Origin: an uncultured virus (IMG/VR IMGVR_UViG_3300028914_000084)
Taxonomy: Duplodnaviria > Heunggongvirae > Uroviricota > Caudoviricetes
DNA: 20,000 bases
Reading direction: 5' to 3' (one strand)
Virus record (IMG/VR): IMGVR_UViG_3300028914_000084
Shown piece after piece: positions 1 through 5,858 of the stretch; within the stretch, counting starts at the first letter, position 1, and each line of letters opens with the position of its first letter. Below the pieces are notes generated by a model. The model saw only the letters and a program-made list of their open reading frames with translations, had not been told where the DNA came from and made no database searches. Both the position numbers and the translations under genes were made by a program.

Positions 1-240
1 GACATAGAAAAGGTAATCTATGAGTTTATCCCATTTCATACCTTTCTTTTGTTCTTGATTATCTAATTTAGATTCTATTTTTTCTATTCTATCTTTCAAA
101 TCTTTTATATCTTCTTTATTTTGTCTTGATAAGGTTAATGCTACACTAGCGTCATCTTTTACTCTACCGTAATCTTTAATCATTTCTTTGATACTAGCTA
201 GTTCAGTTAATACTTTTATTTCAAAATCTTTAGTCTCCAT
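1..240 (-). CDS. XhlA-like/holin-associated small coiled-coil protein, 3' end truncated by window edge
   Basis: Not in ORF track. Hand translation from ATG at 240: METKDFEIKVLTELASIKEMIKDYGRVKDDASVALTLSRQNKEDIKDLKDRIEKIESKLDNQEQKKGMKWDKLIDYLFYV..., open to position 1. SD AGGTGGTGAT at 246-255. Coiled coil, then KW and the start of a hydrophobic stretch, located right after the fibre genes. Confidence 0.7.
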   Translation of the reverse strand, partial: METKDFEIKVLTELASIKEMIKDYGRVKDDASVALTLSRQNKEDIKDLKDRIEKIESKLDNQEQKKGMKWDKLIDYLFYV

Positions 241-255
241 ATTCTATCACCACCT

Positions 256-3200
256 TTATTCAAACACATCTTTTAAACTTCTAATAACTTCTGCATATAT
301 AATAAATGTCTTGTCAGTATTAGTTTGAGATATGTTAGTTTGTGTGTCATAAGAATATGTTTTTTTAATGTTGTTAAGTTGAGTAATAAGAGTAGTATCA
401 GTTATTTGTGTGTCAGTTGGTGTTGCTAATTGATAGTAAACTGAAACATTATTATCTTCTAACCAGTCAGTATATTCTTGTTTAGTAGTGAAACCATCGA
501 TTTTAAATGTCATTTTTTTACCACTATTCCATCCGAATTCTCCACTTTGAATGTTTGTAGTTATACTTGTTGCATAATAATGATATTCAAAATGGCTAGA
601 ATAAGCACTCATTGTTGCTCCAATTGCTCTAATGTCATTTGGCATTTCATTTGTACTTTGTAAAACATTATTTGTTAATGTCCAATCTTCAGTACCATTT
701 AATACTACTTTACCAATTTCACTATGTTTGTACCAATTACCATTACTTTCATATATGTAATCTTGATATGTTCCTATTTTACATAATTCCATACTACCTA
801 AATTGATAGGGAATACTTGACTTTCAGTATTATCACTATTTGATATTGTTATTGTGTTGTTTCCACTTACTACATTTACTTGACTAGGTCTACTTGGACT
901 TGGACTTGGTGTTACAAAGTTGTAATGTAAATCTATATAAGGTAGTAAATTACTTGTATCAGTGTTTATATTTGTTATAGGGTAGATAGTTGCATTATAT
1001 AAAGCATTTAATTGATTTACTAGTGTTGTATCAGTTATTTCAGTTGTTGTTGGTGTAGCATAAGGGTAATATACTATTACATTATTTTGAGATAACCAAG
1101 TTTGGAATTGTTGTGTTGTCATTTCTTTTGTAGCATTGTAATAAAAACCAAATGAGTTATATGAAAATATTGCATTTGTAGGATATATACAATCTTGTAA
1201 ATACCAAGCTTTGCTTCGACTACCACTTACAAATTTATTGCAGTAAAAAGGTGCATTTTCTTGTGTTGCATCAGTTGAATATATATTTGTACCAATATCT
1301 ATTGAAAAACTATAATAACCAGTAGCGCTTGTTGCTTTTCTTGCTATTGGCTCAGTACCATTTAAAACAACCTTACCAATTGTTTTATATAAATACCATT
1401 TATTATTTTGTTTGTATATTCTGTCTTGATATGTACTTATTTTGCATAATTCCATATTACCTAGATTTATTGGATATGTTGTACTTTGAGTATCATCACC
1501 GTTTGTAATAGTTATATTTTGTGTTCCTGTTACTATATCAATGTTACTAGGTCTTTTAGGTGATGGCGAAGGTGTTACCACATTATAATGTAAATCTATA
1601 TAAGGTAGTAGGTTAGTTGTATCAGTGTTTATATTTGTTATAGGGTAGATAGTTGCATTATATAAAGCATTTAATTGATTTACTAGTGTTGTATCAGTTA
1701 TTTCAGTTGTTGAAGTCTGCTGAGGATAATATACATTAGTATTATGTGTTCCTAACCAAGTTGTCCAATTCCCTACACTTGTTTCACTAGAATTAAACAT
1801 TATTGAATTTCCACCATCACGAATGGCAAATAATCCTGCCCTATTACTAGGGTATGATTTGGCATTTATAAAATAATTTGACAAAGCATCTATATAATTT
1901 GAAATAGAATGTATTATATTAGTATTAATATAATAATTACCTGATGTATCACTGCCTTTATACCACCCTGTTTCACTACCATTTAAAGTGATTTTACCAA
2001 TATTTTTTTCTAAATACCACTTATCATTTCTCTTGTAGATTCTATCTTGATAAGTTGATATTTTGCATAATTCTATATTGCCTAAATTTACTTGATATGT
2101 TGTTCCTTGAAATGTTTCGTATGTTGTAGCTATGTTATTTTTTTCAACTTGAATTGTTCCAGCTATTTCTTGTAATGTTTTTGCTGGGTTTGTATCATTA
2201 GCTTTTATAAACATATATAAATATTTTGCATTAGGGCTTGTTGTCAAAGTTAATGAAGTAGCACTATTATAACCACTTCGTTGTCCTGCATAACTTAAAG
2301 CATAATCTCCAATAACAGCAATATCTTCAGTATCGAATATACAAAATCTATCATTACCAAATAGTTCAGTCTTTGATACAGTGTAAGTCGTATTAGGTTG
2401 ACAAGGTATATAAATACAACCCCTACCTACGTTTGTTTCGGTTATTTTATTTGAATTTGATAAATAAATATTTTGGGTATTTATATTATTCTTATCTAAT
2501 AAGTTTTTACCACATACTTTAACATTTTGTGTTCCTGTTACTACCTCTATATTTTGTGGATAACTTGGGTTAGGTATACTTGCTACACTATCGTAAATGA
2601 ATGCTCCAGTCCCTTGATTAATGTAGAACACATTGTTTACCAAATCATATAGACCAATTTCATTATCACTATTTCGATAGCAAGGTATAAAATCTCTTAC
2701 TAATGTTCCATTATAATACATTTTACAAGCCCATAATTTGAATGTTCCTTTATATTGTGTAGCATTTGAATTTCTACCAAACAACCAAAAATTAAGTTCT
2801 ACATTATCAATATTTGTTGGTATTGTTGTAGTAGTTGTATTATCTAAAACTACTTTCCCTTCTGGTACATTTAAGTCCCATAAATGTCTATCTGTGCTTG
2901 CTGAGTTTATTATACCGTAATTTGCATCATTTACCCAAAATGCTATTGAATTTGAACCACTTAAAAGGTGATATCTTTTATTAGGTGTACCTATATTTAT
3001 TGCACCCATTGTTTGATTAGCATTTGTTGGGTTAATAAAAGAAATATCTAAAATAGTTCTTAATTTAGTATCTGCATTTATTCCAGTATCAATATATTGA
3101 CCACCTGTACTTCGAATATAATCAACTTGAGTGTATTCACTTGGTAATATTGCATTTGCTTGATAAGTATTACCACTTATTTCAATAGTATTTTCTTTAT

Positions 3201-5037
3201 TAGTGTTTACATCACTTACATATATGCTTGTGTTTGATACACTTGTTCCTTGTTCTTCTGAAATTGTTTCTTGATAAGTATTACCACTCATTTCAATAGT
3301 ATTTTCTTTATCAGTGTTTACATCACTTATATATATACTAGTATTTGATACACTTGTTCCTTGATCTTCAGGAATTACTACTTGACTTGTATTTCCTTTT
3401 AGGTCTATTTCTCTAAATTTTACTTTTGCGGTATTATTTAACTCTATTGTTGTATCTTCATCACTGACCGTTGGAAAAGCATTATACAACATTTCTAATT
3501 CAGCAAGTTGTTCATTTTGAATCTCTTGTTCATCTTTAATGTCAGAGATGTCATTTTCATTAGTTGTTATTTGTGTTTTTTCTTCTGCCGTAACAAATTT
3601 ATTAGTGTTATTAGTATCATCAACTAAATCACTAGCTAATTTATTATTTTCAGTTATTTCAGATTGTAAACCACTTACTAAATCAGCTACACTAAATCTT
3701 ACTTCTTGCCCATTTTTTAATGTTAATACTATTTCTTTTGTTGCACTATCATAAGCTGCGCCTACTACCATTGTTTCAAGTGGTAGGTCTATTGACTGCG
3801 TACTTAAAACTTGATTATTTCTTGTTTTTAATACAGCTGTCATTATATAAGTTAATGGGTCTATTGTTAAAGTAAGGTTTGAACCTGTCTCAGTTACTAA
3901 TGAAAATCTAGTATCAGCTGCTGTTTTATTATAATAATGTGATAATCCATTAGTATCATTTGTAATAAAACCACTATCGTTTATCAAATCATTAGTTGTA
4001 GTTGGTACAGATATATTAACATTTTTATTAGCATCAATAGGAAGATTAACTCCGTTTTTAGATATACTTCCTACTTTATTAGTCCATGATGTTTTATCAG
4101 AAGATGTTACAAATTTATGTGAGGATTCAGTATCATCAACTAAATCACTAGCTAATTTATTATTTTCAGTTATTTCAGATTGTAAACCACTTATTAAATC
4201 GCCTAATGGTATTTCTATAGTATTACCGTTTTCAAGAGTTAATATAATTTTTTTAGTTTCTGTATCATATGTACCACTAACTACAACACTTTCTAATGGT
4301 AAATCTATAACGTTGGATTCTGATAATAATATATTATTTTTATCGTAAATCATTGCTTTAACTTGATATGTTTGATTGTTTATATCAAGTTTTATTTTAT
4401 TAGCAGTTTCATCTATTGTTGAATATATAGTTAAATCTGGTTTATTTACTAATTCATTATAATCTGTAGTACCTTTATCACCTTTAGGAATACCAAAGTT
4501 AAATATTGGATTTCTTTCAGTACCAACATTTTCTACAGTTGCTTGAGAACCTTCTGGTAAAGTTGTAGTGCTACCAATTTCTATTGTAGGTAGATTATTA
4601 TCTATATAATCTATTAATTCTGGTTTAGCATTGGCTATTAAAGTCTGCATAGATTGATAATATTGTTCAAACTCATCTGGAGTGGGTTGTGTTGGACTTA
4701 TGCTATTTTCTATATAACTACCTTTATTAACATAGAAATGAGTTGGTTCTGGAGAATATCTTAATTTTAATTCATTATCTTCTAATTCATAAGCATAAAC
4801 TCCAAATGTATAAGTCCCTGGATTCTTTAATATATCATATGGTATATTGCATTCATCATTTGCGATAACCATTTCGTAAACAGTTCCATCATTTCCAACA
4901 AACAAAGCTTTCTTAACATAATTATCTATATATTCTTCAGAGAAATCGAAGTAAAACTTATTGATATTATATTCTCCGGAGTTTAATATTACGTCATTTT
5001 GAATCTCACATATATTAGCTGTTACTTTTACTCTCAT
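256..5037 (-). CDS. Giant modular tail fibre/receptor-binding protein with BppU-like N-terminal domain
   Basis: 1593-aa ORF, SD AGGAGGTGAT at 5041-5050. N-terminus resembles baseplate upper protein domains (FDFSEEY...CNIPYDIL..PG.YTFGVY...PTPDEFEQ). Followed by the fibre motif IGSTTTLPEGSQATVENVGT..NPIFNFGIPKGDKG, duplicated shaft modules, and repeated beta-rich domains. Confidence 0.85.
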   Translation of the reverse strand: MRVKVTANICEIQNDVILNSGEYNINKFYFDFSEEYIDNYVKKALFVGNDGTVYEMVIANDECNIPYDILKNPGTYTFGVYAYELEDNELKLRYSPEPTHFYVNKGSYIENSISPTQPTPDEFEQYYQSMQTLIANAKPELIDYIDNNLPTIEIGSTTTLPEGSQATVENVGTERNPIFNFGIPKGDKGTTDYNELVNKPDLTIYSTIDETANKIKLDINNQTYQVKAMIYDKNNILLSESNVIDLPLESVVVSGTYDTETKKIILTLENGNTIEIPLGDLISGLQSEITENNKLASDLVDDTESSHKFVTSSDKTSWTNKVGSISKNGVNLPIDANKNVNISVPTTTNDLINDSGFITNDTNGLSHYYNKTAADTRFSLVTETGSNLTLTIDPLTYIMTAVLKTRNNQVLSTQSIDLPLETMVVGAAYDSATKEIVLTLKNGQEVRFSVADLVSGLQSEITENNKLASDLVDDTNNTNKFVTAEEKTQITTNENDISDIKDEQEIQNEQLAELEMLYNAFPTVSDEDTTIELNNTAKVKFREIDLKGNTSQVVIPEDQGTSVSNTSIYISDVNTDKENTIEMSGNTYQETISEEQGTSVSNTSIYVSDVNTNKENTIEISGNTYQANAILPSEYTQVDYIRSTGGQYIDTGINADTKLRTILDISFINPTNANQTMGAINIGTPNKRYHLLSGSNSIAFWVNDANYGIINSASTDRHLWDLNVPEGKVVLDNTTTTTIPTNIDNVELNFWLFGRNSNATQYKGTFKLWACKMYYNGTLVRDFIPCYRNSDNEIGLYDLVNNVFYINQGTGAFIYDSVASIPNPSYPQNIEVVTGTQNVKVCGKNLLDKNNINTQNIYLSNSNKITETNVGRGCIYIPCQPNTTYTVSKTELFGNDRFCIFDTEDIAVIGDYALSYAGQRSGYNSATSLTLTTSPNAKYLYMFIKANDTNPAKTLQEIAGTIQVEKNNIATTYETFQGTTYQVNLGNIELCKISTYQDRIYKRNDKWYLEKNIGKITLNGSETGWYKGSDTSGNYYINTNIIHSISNYIDALSNYFINAKSYPSNRAGLFAIRDGGNSIMFNSSETSVGNWTTWLGTHNTNVYYPQQTSTTEITDTTLVNQLNALYNATIYPITNINTDTTNLLPYIDLHYNVVTPSPSPKRPSNIDIVTGTQNITITNGDDTQSTTYPINLGNMELCKISTYQDRIYKQNNKWYLYKTIGKVVLNGTEPIARKATSATGYYSFSIDIGTNIYSTDATQENAPFYCNKFVSGSRSKAWYLQDCIYPTNAIFSYNSFGFYYNATKEMTTQQFQTWLSQNNVIVYYPYATPTTTEITDTTLVNQLNALYNATIYPITNINTDTSNLLPYIDLHYNFVTPSPSPSRPSQVNVVSGNNTITISNSDNTESQVFPINLGSMELCKIGTYQDYIYESNGNWYKHSEIGKVVLNGTEDWTLTNNVLQSTNEMPNDIRAIGATMSAYSSHFEYHYYATSITTNIQSGEFGWNSGKKMTFKIDGFTTKQEYTDWLEDNNVSVYYQLATPTDTQITDTTLITQLNNIKKTYSYDTQTNISQTNTDKTFIIYAEVIRSLKDVFE
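908..1712. repeat. Direct repeat pair 908-1049 / 1571-1712 (663-bp spacing) with exact 96-bp core 954-1049 = 1617-1712
   Basis: Aligned by hand: 7 mismatches in 142 bp, none within the 96-bp core. Encodes TTEITDTTLVNQLNALYNATIYPITNINTDT(S/T)NLLPYIDLHYN(F/V)VTP. Confidence 0.95.
3159..3380. repeat. Tandem 111-bp (37-aa) repeat, two copies plus a diverged third unit at ~3381-3470
   Basis: 3159-3269 vs 3270-3380: 12 mismatches in 111 bp. Encodes QGTSVSNTSIY(I/V)SDVNT(D/N)KENTIE(M/I)SGNTYQ. The adjacent unit ends LKGNTSQ at the same period. Confidence 0.95.
3613..4193. repeat. Exact 65-bp direct repeat 3613-3677 = 4129-4193 (516-bp spacing) inside a diverged ~115-aa duplicated module
   Basis: AGTATCATCAACTAAATCACTAGCTAATTTATTATTTTCAGTTATTTCAGATTGTAAACCACTTA present twice. 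Encodes SGLQSEITENNKLASDLVDDT. Confidence 0.95.
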
Positions 5038-5040
5038 TTA

Positions 5041-5050
5041 ATCACCTCCT
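5041..5050 (-). promoter_or_regulatory. Shine-Dalgarno site of the 1593-aa gene
   Basis: AGGAGGTGAT, extended complement of the 16S rRNA 3' end, just upstream of ATG at 5037. Confidence 0.85.
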
Positions 5051-5854
5051 CTATTTATATCCTAATATTTTCATAGGTATACATGTATTATTTTGTGTTT
5101 CTGTAGTCCAACTTTGATCGTTACACCATCTACCAACAGCATCATGTATTAAAAGATGAGTTGAATCTGTAAATACAACAGCTCTCATCGCAATATATAC
5201 ATAATTTTGATTTACAAATAATGCTTGTAGCATTGTTGATTTATTTTTTTCAACTTTACAGCATAACTCTCCTCTAAAATTGGTATCATTATAATTTATA
5301 TAATATATTTCTAAAAAAGAATAATCGTCAGACGATAAAGCTATTGTTTGTCGCGCAAACGTTGAATAAGAATCATTGGTCCATAAAACAACAGGTGCTA
5401 AATCATCAATTCTTTCATTTGTATCTACGATATCAGAATTTATTTCATCGATAGCATCATTTACCGCTTTAACACTTGGCGCATTTGTTTCTGAATCACT
5501 TGTTAAATCTTGTAATATTATTCTACCACAATCTAATAATTTTGTTTCTGTTTCACTATAATAATATAAATTAAAATTACTCATATCCAAATATAAGTGG
5601 ATAGTATCTGGTGCATCACCAACACTACTCCAAGTATCAGTACCAGTAGCTGTATATATTAAATTTGTTAATGTGTTATAATATAAATCTCCTTCAGAAC
5701 ATTCTTCAGGTTCTGTGTCGGTTACTATTAACAATTTTACTAATCCTATTTTATCGTCAACTACTATTTCTATATTATCTTGCATTGCATTAAGATTAGT
5801 AGCATCAATAGGCGTTTGAGTACTAGGTAAATCTTGAAAAGGTATTTTATTCAT
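5051..5854 (-). CDS. Small tail fibre/minor tail protein
   Basis: 267 aa, SD AAGGAG. N-terminal motif FQDLPSTQTPIDATNLNAMQDNIE is typical of fibre attachment segments. Shaft motif DLTSDSETNAPSVKAVNDAI, short coiled coil, then a beta-rich head from VVLWTN to IPMKILGYK. Confidence 0.7.
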   Translation of the reverse strand: MNKIPFQDLPSTQTPIDATNLNAMQDNIEIVVDDKIGLVKLLIVTDTEPEECSEGDLYYNTLTNLIYTATGTDTWSSVGDAPDTIHLYLDMSNFNLYYYSETETKLLDCGRIILQDLTSDSETNAPSVKAVNDAIDEINSDIVDTNERIDDLAPVVLWTNDSYSTFARQTIALSSDDYSFLEIYYINYNDTNFRGELCCKVEKNKSTMLQALFVNQNYVYIAMRAVVFTDSTHLLIHDAVGRWCNDQSWTTETQNNTCIPMKILGYK

Positions 5855-5858
5855 ATAT

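Noticed and set aside
908..3380. Repeat pairs as diversity-generating retroelement TR/VR
   Set aside because: Mismatches are not confined to adenines of one copy on the coding strand, both copies are in-frame coding sequence, and no reverse transcriptase is in the window.
478..5561. Short plus-strand ORFs (478-663, 2738-2920, 3539-3754, 5376-5561)
   Set aside because: They are 60-71 aa, fully antisense to well-supported genes, with no recognisable motifs.
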